DNA of 32,000 nucleotides from Candidatus Methanophagaceae archaeon (lineage in GTDB: Archaea; Halobacteriota; Syntropharchaeia; Alkanophagales; Methanospirareceae), in the NCBI GenBank assembly GCA_003194425.1, contig PQXB01000001.1, positions 820,444 through 852,443 of the forward strand, written 5' to 3'. Position numbers and translations under genes: made by a program. The notes beneath the pieces were generated by a model. It did no database searches. It was not told the DNA's origin and saw only the letters and a program-made list of their open reading frames with translations. This document shows, one piece after another, positions 24,519-31,304 of the stretch (its first letter is position 1; each line of letters begins with the position of its first letter).

Positions 24519-25025
24519 TTACCTTTGGTATGCTATTTCTTCTGGTAAATCAACTAAAAAAGCGGTGTCCGGCGTTGGAAATAAAGACAAAATCTTATCC
24601 AAAAACTTCTTAACCTCTTCTTGGGAATAATTGAAGTCCACAGATAAATCTGTAACAATTGTATCATAGATGTAGCGATCACAGATGATATTTTTACCAA
24701 AAAGCAGTGGAAGTTTAATTTTGAAAAGAATTTGGATGAAATAGTCAAACAATAAAAGATGTTGATAAAACTTCGCTAAAAGAGGGTGCTTTTTTGAGGT
24801 GTTCTTTTTTGTATTGGAATATTCAGAATAATCTCTGGAATAAGCTTTATTACTGAGAAATAATAATTCCCCTACGAGCATAGCAGGTCTTAAGACAATT
24901 GGAATATAGCGGTTATATACATAACTCGCTTTGATGCCTCTCTTTTGCATTGTGCCAACTAATGCTCTTGTAAGCGTCGTTTTTCCTGACCCGTCCATTC
25001 CAGTAAAGCAAATAAATACACCCAT
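24519..25025 (-). CDS. Thymidylate-kinase-like P-loop protein (stand-alone paralog of the N-terminal half of 17718..19478), C-terminally truncated
   Basis: MGVFICFTGMDGSGKTTLTRAL...CDRYIYDT...FLVDLPEEIAYQR* is colinear with the fusion protein. Start ATG 25025 is preferred over TTG 25043. The missing C-terminal ~50 residues are still encoded out of frame at 24519-24364. Confidence 0.75.
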   Translation of the reverse strand: MGVFICFTGMDGSGKTTLTRALVGTMQKRGIKASYVYNRYIPIVLRPAMLVGELLFLSNKAYSRDYSEYSNTKKNTSKKHPLLAKFYQHLLLFDYFIQILFKIKLPLLFGKNIICDRYIYDTIVTDLSVDFNYSQEEVKKFLDKILSLFPTPDTAFLVDLPEEIAYQR

Positions 25026-25174
25026 ATTATTCTTCGGATTCAATACTTGGACGTGGCAACATAAAGTTAATCCGCTTTGCAGGTATTTGAAACATGAAGG
25101 CTATATTGAAAAGAACGTTCAAATCTAACATCTCTCCCACTGTTCCAGGATTCTTTGCTCCTCCCTTCTTCTTT

Positions 25175-26353
25175 TTAAGTTCCCCCGTCTCCATTTTTAC
25201 ACATAGCGTTATTATACAACTCCTCAAATTCTTCAACTATATTTGCCCATTGATATTCTTCAATAATAACTCTCTGAGAATTCCTTCCAAATTTTTTCCC
25301 AAGCTTAACATCTTTTATTATTTTTAATATTCTTTGACTTAACTGCTTAACATTCTTCGGTTCCACCAAATATCCTGTTATTCCATCCTTCACAACATCG
25401 TTAACTCCTGGTAAACCGGATGCTATTACTGGCTTTCCAGATGCCATTGCCTCTAAAAGTACGATTCCAAATGATTCAGGACCTGAAATAGATGGGAGTG
25501 CAAAAACATCGCACATGGCGTAACAATAAGGAAGTTCTTCATCACTGACAGACGTTGCAAATATAACTTCTTTCTCTAGTTTTAACTCTTTCGCTAACTC
25601 TTTTAGTTCTGAAACCAATTTTCCCTCTCCCACAATAAGTAATTTAACACTGTTATTTACACTTCTAATTTCATGTAATGCTCTAATTAAGTAATCAACG
25701 CCTTTATATCTATTATAAATGCTTAAACTTCCCACAAACAAAACAATTTTATCATTAGCAGTGAAACCATATTTTTTTCGTAGTATAGCACCGTCATTTG
25801 TCGCCGAAAATCGTTGAATATCAACACCAGTTTTAATAATTTTTATCTTTTTTCTAATCTTTTTATTTAGCCTTAAAGACACACTATAACTTGAAGTTAG
25901 AAACAGTATCCAATCTACGTACTTAAGGCTTATATTTCTACAGATTTTGCTATAGATACTACTTATTAGCGAAAAAAAAACATTTCCTTTAGTATATTCA
26001 CCATGATGGGTAACCACAAGAGGAATTTTATGAATCTTTGATGCAACAACAGCTATCTCTAAACCAAGCGGAAATGGTATGTGAACATGATATATATCAT
26101 AATCGTTGGCACTTAATATTCTTTTTATAAATTCAATTGAAATCAAACCCTTATGATATCTAAAATTCAATGAACATCGATATACACTTACCTTTTCAGA
26201 TATTATCTCTTCCTTTTGGACATTTTCTGTATTAACTGTCAAAATAGTTATTTTATGTTCTTTATTGGATAAATTAGTACTCAAATTGTAGACATAATTT
26301 TCAATTCCCCCAATACTTGGAAAGAAAAAAGGGGTAATTTGTAAAATTTTCAT
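25175..26353 (-). CDS. GT4-family glycosyltransferase
   Basis: 392 aa. ...ALPSISGPESFGIVLLEAMASGKPVIASGLPGVNDVVKDGITGYLVEP. ATGA overlaps the radical SAM stop. Confidence 0.85.
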   Translation of the reverse strand: MKILQITPFFFPSIGGIENYVYNLSTNLSNKEHKITILTVNTENVQKEEIISEKVSVYRCSLNFRYHKGLISIEFIKRILSANDYDIYHVHIPFPLGLEIAVVASKIHKIPLVVTHHGEYTKGNVFFSLISSIYSKICRNISLKYVDWILFLTSSYSVSLRLNKKIRKKIKIIKTGVDIQRFSATNDGAILRKKYGFTANDKIVLFVGSLSIYNRYKGVDYLIRALHEIRSVNNSVKLLIVGEGKLVSELKELAKELKLEKEVIFATSVSDEELPYCYAMCDVFALPSISGPESFGIVLLEAMASGKPVIASGLPGVNDVVKDGITGYLVEPKNVKQLSQRILKIIKDVKLGKKFGRNSQRVIIEEYQWANIVEEFEELYNNAMCKNGDGGT

Positions 26354-27810
26354 GTGAATTTAAACCTCCCAATCACATTTCTTCTTATCAAATTCATAGC
26401 TGTATTTGTTTTATTTACAAAATCTTTTACCGACTTTATATTTTTAATTTGTTTGATAATGTACTTTGGATTAAAATAATGCTCCTTATAAGCTTCATTC
26501 ATTAATTCTTCTAATTTATTCTTCGATAAATGCCGATAAGATATCAGTGATTCTTTATCCGGATCAATTGGAATGTAATCTTCAGTTGTCATCCATCCCT
26601 TCTCCTTAGCAGCATAATAAAAATCGGTACCTGGAAACGGCGAAGCTATACTATACAAAACATACTCAACATCTAATTTTTCAACTTCATTTATAGTTTT
26701 CCTAATTGTTTCCTCTGTTTCTACTGGTGTTGCGCCTAATAAAACATTTATTTCTGGCTCTATTCCATAATCTTTTAAAATTTTAATTGTCTTTGAAATA
26801 TCTTCTACCTTCATTTCTTTTCTTATTGCATCTAATACCTTTTGATCAAATGATTCTACACCAAGATCAACATAATAACAGCCCGCTTCTGACATTGCCT
26901 TTGCTGATTTTTCTGTAACCATATCAGGTCTTGCCAAACATGACCATTCCAAATTTAATTTTTTAATACCCTCACAGATAGCTACAGTTCTTTTATCGTT
27001 CCATAAAAACTCATCATCTATAATCGATACAGATTTAAATCCCAATTTTGCGATTTCTCTAAATTCATTAATTACTCTTTCTACTGAATGTAGTCTTGGA
27101 GCTGGTTTTTTATCATAATATTTTTTATATTCCAACTCCCTTGCAAAACTCAACGAGTTTGGCACACAGTACCAACACTTACCAAAACATCCTCTCGAAG
27201 TTAAAACTGCCGTATGTGGTGTTTTTGATAGCTTTGGATTATAATACGGACTATGGTCCAAAAGAGTCCGATCTGGAATTGGGACATCATCGATGTTTTT
27301 AATCAAATCTCTTGATGCGTTATGTTTTACTTTTCCATTTTTCATGAAAGATACACCGTTTACATTTTCAATATTTTCATGTCCTTGTAGGACTTTAGCA
27401 AGTTCTAAAATTGTAAAATCAGGTTCTCCTCTTATTACATAGGAATTTTCATCTAAGAAAGCGGTTGGATTCCATGTTGCCTGAGTTCCACAATATACAT
27501 ATTTCGCATCATCTTGAATATTTCGAATTAATCTTCTTGCCTCGATGTCATTTCTTTCAGATAAAAACACAGTGAAAAAAACATAAGCATTAGAATCATC
27601 ATTAGATATAAAATTTAAAAAATCTTTCTTCTTTTGTTTTTTCGCAGCAAAATCCCTTATTGCAATCTCATATCTATCATTCTGTAAAATAGTGGCCATA
27701 TATAACGTAGGTAAGTGTGGCAGAAAATATATGCCATAATTACAGCCATAGCATCTGTCTGCACATCTTTCTCCATCTAGAGACGGTGGCATTAGAAATG
27801 TTATTTTCAT
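26350..27810 (-). CDS. B12-binding-domain radical SAM enzyme (class B-like)
   Basis: CxxxCxxC is present in ...LTSRGCFGKCWYCVPN. The N-terminal ~150 aa have a B12-binding-domain-like layout. Start is ATG 27810 (ATGA overlap with the GT2 stop). Confidence 0.85.
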   Translation of the reverse strand: MKITFLMPPSLDGERCADRCYGCNYGIYFLPHLPTLYMATILQNDRYEIAIRDFAAKKQKKKDFLNFISNDDSNAYVFFTVFLSERNDIEARRLIRNIQDDAKYVYCGTQATWNPTAFLDENSYVIRGEPDFTILELAKVLQGHENIENVNGVSFMKNGKVKHNASRDLIKNIDDVPIPDRTLLDHSPYYNPKLSKTPHTAVLTSRGCFGKCWYCVPNSLSFARELEYKKYYDKKPAPRLHSVERVINEFREIAKLGFKSVSIIDDEFLWNDKRTVAICEGIKKLNLEWSCLARPDMVTEKSAKAMSEAGCYYVDLGVESFDQKVLDAIRKEMKVEDISKTIKILKDYGIEPEINVLLGATPVETEETIRKTINEVEKLDVEYVLYSIASPFPGTDFYYAAKEKGWMTTEDYIPIDPDKESLISYRHLSKNKLEELMNEAYKEHYFNPKYIIKQIKNIKSVKDFVNKTNTAMNLIRRNVIGRFKFT

Positions 27811-28721
27811 TTTATCAATCCTCTCCAAAACCCTATTGTATACGATCCATGCTCAATCATATAGACTATTGGTACCGAAAGTAAATATTTAAAACTTCGC
27901 TCCTGTATCACAAACTTCATCCCCATCATCGCTAACATAGCCACGTACATCCCAACCATACCCAAAAATATCAATGGTGTAAATATCAAAGATGCAAGCA
28001 GCAAAAGAATCAATATCGGAGGGATAATCTGTAAATCCCATAACCGACTATTTCCTTTTCCATATCCATATTGATACATTCTTTTTGCAAAATCTCTCAA
28101 GCCTCTTTTATGGTGATGTAATATAACCGCATTTGGTGTATAAAGCAGTTTTCCCATCCTCAAAAGCTTTTTGTTTAATTTTGTATCCTCTGCAGTAGAT
28201 AACCACAGATCAAACCCTCCAGCTTTTGATATATCCTCTCTGCGATATATACTATTACTCCCACTTATACTTTTCACATATCGTTTATCTTTAAAAAACC
28301 GCCCTTGTACTGAATTAGCACTTCCGAGAAATGTTCCCATTGCAAGGTTGATTGATTTTTCCCATAACCCCTCACCTATGTTTTTTATTCCCCCACCAAC
28401 ACCTACAATACCAGCACCAAATTCCTTGACCAAGTTCTCCAACCAATCTCGTTCAGGAATGCAATCAGCATCCGTAAACGCTATAAATTTCCCTTTTGCA
28501 TTTTCTACCCCTACCTGACATGCCCCGGCCCTTGTATGATAATTCTCATAGAGTATCTTCACAGGAAACTTCCTTGCTTTCTCTACCGTCTGATCAGTTG
28601 AACGCCCATCCACCACAATCACTTCAAAAGGTTGAACCGTTTGATTAAACACCGCCTCAAGGCATCGCTTGATTTTTTCTTCTTCGTTCTTCGTCGGGAT
28701 GACAACCGAGATTTTATCCAT
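27807..28721 (-). CDS. GT2-family glycosyltransferase with C-terminal TM segments
   Basis: ISVVIPTKNEEEKIKRCLEAV...VIVVDGRSTDQT...AFTDADC is a GT-A DxD-type signature. The C-terminus is hydrophobic. Confidence 0.85.
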   Translation of the reverse strand: MDKISVVIPTKNEEEKIKRCLEAVFNQTVQPFEVIVVDGRSTDQTVEKARKFPVKILYENYHTRAGACQVGVENAKGKFIAFTDADCIPERDWLENLVKEFGAGIVGVGGGIKNIGEGLWEKSINLAMGTFLGSANSVQGRFFKDKRYVKSISGSNSIYRREDISKAGGFDLWLSTAEDTKLNKKLLRMGKLLYTPNAVILHHHKRGLRDFAKRMYQYGYGKGNSRLWDLQIIPPILILLLLASLIFTPLIFLGMVGMYVAMLAMMGMKFVIQERSFKYLLSVPIVYMIEHGSYTIGFWRGLIK

Positions 28722-29628
28722 TTATTTTATTCTTCTCCTCTTTTCCCTTCTTAACCGCATTCAATATCAAACCTGTGAAGAGGCTGAACACCCCGATAAC
28801 AATAAACAGCACCGATAAAATCGCAGAGCCAACCGCGATCCGCCCAATTCCCCCTCCTGTATTTAGAATGTACAACACATTCGCACCCAAGACCAGCCCA
28901 ACAGCCGCTAAAACACCACCCACGAGACCGAAGAAGAAGAGCGGTCGCCGCTCCGAAGTAAGAGAAATTAACCAGCCCAGCACGCCAAACCCGTGAGAGA
29001 CAGGGTTCTTTGACGATGTGTTAGCAATGTCGTATCGCGCGGTTATCGGAATCTCCACCAGCTTCAAATTGCAGTCCTTTGCCTGCGTTAAGATCTCTGA
29101 GCCTGCACCCATTCCGAGATTTCTTATTTTTACCTTTTCTATCGCCCGTCTGCTGTAAGCCCTGTAGCCGCTTTGAGAATCCGTAGTCTTTATGTTCCCG
29201 CCAATCTGCGTGAACAAATTCAAGACCTTCATTCCCACAATCCTGTATCTGGGGATTGTCCTGCTGTTCTCTCCGTTTCTCTCATAAAACCTCGAACCCA
29301 CCACAACATCTGCTTTACTTGTCTTCAGTGCTTTGACAAAATCAGGAATGTAAGCAGGGTCGTGCTGCCCGTCACCGTCCAAAATAATCAAGACCTCAAA
29401 ATTGCTCTTCTTGGCATAACTGAAGCAAGATTGAATTGCTGCACCGTAGCCTTTATTCTGCTCGTGCGAAACGACTACAGCACCTGCTGCTTCTGCTACT
29501 TCCGCGCTGCCATCGGTAGAGCCGTCGTCCACCACCAGAACCTCGTCAACATATTTCCGTGCTTTTAATACGACCGTTCCAATTGCCAGTTCTTCGTTGT
29601 GGCAGGGAATTGCCGCGAGTGTCTTCAT
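28714..29628 (-). CDS. GT2-family polyprenyl/dolichyl-phosphate sugar synthase-like glycosyltransferase
   Basis: AAIPCHNEELAIGTVV...VLVVDDGSTDGSAEVA...ILDGDGQHDP...VVVGSRF plus two C-terminal TM helices is a DPM1/GtrB/AglD-like layout. Start ATG 29628 is preferred over TTG 29637. This is the first gene of the island. Confidence 0.85.
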   Translation of the reverse strand: MKTLAAIPCHNEELAIGTVVLKARKYVDEVLVVDDGSTDGSAEVAEAAGAVVVSHEQNKGYGAAIQSCFSYAKKSNFEVLIILDGDGQHDPAYIPDFVKALKTSKADVVVGSRFYERNGENSRTIPRYRIVGMKVLNLFTQIGGNIKTTDSQSGYRAYSRRAIEKVKIRNLGMGAGSEILTQAKDCNLKLVEIPITARYDIANTSSKNPVSHGFGVLGWLISLTSERRPLFFFGLVGGVLAAVGLVLGANVLYILNTGGGIGRIAVGSAILSVLFIVIGVFSLFTGLILNAVKKGKEEKNKING

Positions 29629-29732
29629 CTTTAACAATCAAATTTATGAAAGGTAGGTAGTCTCTGCTGCCCTGCCCGTGCCGACCCTCTTATCACCGTG
29701 CAAAACCGCTACTCAATTCAGGTTCGACACTT

Positions 29733-30056
29733 TTATTGAACACATTTACAATATTTTTGAACTACGCTATTAAATATTTTTTCCTGCTCAGACCCAGTCA
29801 ATGAGTAGGTGTCGTCAAAGCCCACGCACTCCAACTCCTTCACGACGAGACGGAGCTGAACCTTTGTAATAGGCATTCTCGCGAGTTTATTCGTGTAAAA
29901 ACCCATCGGCTTCGCCCTGTCGGGAGAGATATTTTTGACAACGCCGCAGTGGACGCAGTAAGAATGCGGTTTCAACCCTCTTCGCCGCCCCTTAACTTCG
30001 TAAGGCATCCAAACCTTTTCCCCCGCGCCGCAACTTTTGTGCTTGCAATCTGCCAT
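29733..30056 (-). CDS. Small Cys-rich hypothetical protein (possible zinc ribbon)
   Basis: 107 aa, with C4/C9 and C44/C47 pairs (CKHKSC ... CVHC). GC-rich codon usage resembles its neighbours. No family recognised. Confidence 0.55.
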   Translation of the reverse strand: MADCKHKSCGAGEKVWMPYEVKGRRRGLKPHSYCVHCGVVKNISPDRAKPMGFYTNKLARMPITKVQLRLVVKELECVGFDDTYSLTGSEQEKIFNSVVQKYCKCVQ

Positions 30057-30119
30057 TTCCTTCGTCCGTTTTGTATTACTTTTTAATTAATTTTATTATT
30101 TAACTACGCTTGGTTTAAA

Positions 30120-30191
30120 CTAAAGTAATGTAATCTAAAGTAATGTAATCTAAAGTAATGTAATCTAAAAGGTAATCTAAAGCAATGTAAT
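30120..30191 (+). repeat. 15-bp tandem array (ctaaagtaatgtaat x3 perfect, plus a 12-nt and a 15-nt degenerate unit) ending on the rnp3 start codon
   Basis: Perfect units are 30120-30134, 30135-30149 and 30150-30164. Then come ctaaaaggtaat (30165-30176) and ctaaagcaatgtaat (30177-30191). The rnp3 ATG is 30190-30192. Confidence 0.97.
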
Positions 30192-30945
30192 GCTCGACTT
30201 CTTTGACCTCAGCCTGCACTTGCGCCCACGCCCAGAGACCGAGACCGAATCGTCTGCGGAAGAATTGATCAAAACAGCGAAGAGGTTCGGGTACGCTGGC
30301 GTAGCAGTAACGAACCACAACGACTACGCGGAAATCGGAGCGGGTGCAGGAGAGAGTTCGAATTTCGCCTACAAAGGCATCGAGATAAGGGCTGATTCGG
30401 TCGCTGTGCTGAAAAGGAAAATAAAAATTCACTACGGCAGAGTGGCGGTCTTGGCGGTTCACGGCGGCGATGAAAAGATAAACGAGGCGGCGTTGCAGGA
30501 CTACCGCGTGGATATTTTGGCGCACCCCTGCGGCGAATTTGGGAGGGGAAAAGGGAAAGGGAGGGGAAAAGGGAAAGGGAGGGGAAAAGGGAAAGGAGGA
30601 GGGTTAAACCACGTGCTGGTCCGCTACGCTGCCGAGAACGGCGTTGCGCTAGACTTCAACATGAACGCGATAATTCAGAGTAGGGGGAGAGGGGAGAGGG
30701 CGCGAGTTCTTCGGAAAATGCGGGAGAATTTGAAACTCGTGCGCAAATACGACGCCCTCCCGGTGCTAACCAGCCACGCAGAAACGGTCTACGATTTAAG
30801 AGCCCCGCGGGAAATGGTTGCGCTGGCGGGTTTGTTTGGAATGACGAGAGAGGAGGCGGTGCGGGCGTTGAGCGAGGTTCCGCGGGGGATTTTGGAGAAG
30901 CGGTGGAAGAGGTGGAAGAAGGGGCGGGAGGTGGAGGTTTTGTGA
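30190..30945 (+). CDS. rnp3: Ribonuclease P protein component 3 (Rpp30 homolog)
   Basis: MLDFFDLSLHL...AKRFGYAGVAVTNHNDY...VLAVHGGDEKINEAA...VDILAHP...NGVALDFNMNAI is the Rpp30 TIM-barrel/PHP-like pattern. It is followed by Pop5 with a GTGA overlap. It contains a GRGKGK x3 insert. Confidence 0.85.
   Translation: MLDFFDLSLHLRPRPETETESSAEELIKTAKRFGYAGVAVTNHNDYAEIGAGAGESSNFAYKGIEIRADSVAVLKRKIKIHYGRVAVLAVHGGDEKINEAALQDYRVDILAHPCGEFGRGKGKGRGKGKGRGKGKGGGLNHVLVRYAAENGVALDFNMNAIIQSRGRGERARVLRKMRENLKLVRKYDALPVLTSHAETVYDLRAPREMVALAGLFGMTREEAVRALSEVPRGILEKRWKRWKKGREVEVL
30541..30603 (+). repeat. Pure polypurine tract: 18-bp unit gggaggggaaaagggaaa x3 plus ggaggaggg, in frame inside rnp3
   Basis: Units are 30541-30558, 30559-30576 and 30577-30594, all identical. 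There are 63 consecutive purines. It encodes GRGKGKGRGKGKGRGKGKGGG. Confidence 0.97.
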
Positions 30946-31304
30946 AATTTCAGAGACTGCCGCCAACACTGCGGGAAAGGAAGCGGTACCTCGTGTTTGA
31001 GGTGCGGAGCGAGTGGCGGGGTGAGCGAGAAGTGGAGAAGCGGGAGGTGTTGAGGGAGATTTGGAACTCGGTTTATTCGCTGCACGGTGAGGTAGGGGCG
31101 AGCGAGAGCAATATTTGGCTGATAAATTACGCCGCAGGCGTGGGAATTCTTAGGTGCGCTCACAACAGGGTTGAGGAAGTGCGGGCGGCGTTAGCCTGCG
31201 TTCACTCGCTGAACGACGCAGCAAAGGTCGGCATCCGAGTGCTCGGCGTCTCGGGCACGATAAAAGGTGCGAAGCGACTCGCTCACCTCAGCATTTCAAT
31301 GTAA
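30942..31304 (+). CDS. rnp2: Ribonuclease P protein component 2 (Pop5 homolog)
   Basis: VKFQRLPPTLRERKRYLVFEV... is the hallmark Pop5 N-terminus. GTG 30942 overlaps the rnp3 TGA. An alternative GTG at 30903 would add an unconserved extension. Confidence 0.85.
   Translation: MKFQRLPPTLRERKRYLVFEVRSEWRGEREVEKREVLREIWNSVYSLHGEVGASESNIWLINYAAGVGILRCAHNRVEEVRAALACVHSLNDAAKVGIRVLGVSGTIKGAKRLAHLSISM

Noticed and set aside
25027-25236. 69-aa minus-strand ORF spanning the GT4 3' end and the intergenic region upstream of the kinase-like gene
   Set aside because: It overlaps the GT4 C-terminus in another frame and has no motif support. The intergenic part more likely holds the kinase-like gene's expression signals.
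29638-29732. TATA-like ttcataaatt (29641-29650) as the island promoter
   Set aside because: Its spacing to ATG 29628 (13-22 nt) is too short for the usual ~26-nt TATA-to-TSS distance. I cannot support the call without TSS data.
30115-30525. 136-aa minus-strand ORF ending ...ITLDYITLDYITLDYITLV
   Set aside because: It is antisense to the well-supported rnp3 gene. Its striking peptide repeat is just the 15-bp tandem array read in frame. No start context or family resemblance.
30120-30603. Possible CRISPR array (regular short repeats)
   Set aside because: Units are directly adjacent with no spacers. Unit lengths of 15 and 18 bp are too short. One array is in frame inside rnp3. No cas genes are present.
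30789-31163. 124-aa minus-strand ORF
   Set aside because: Antisense shadow of the rnp3/rnp2 genes in a GC-rich region. No recognisable motifs.
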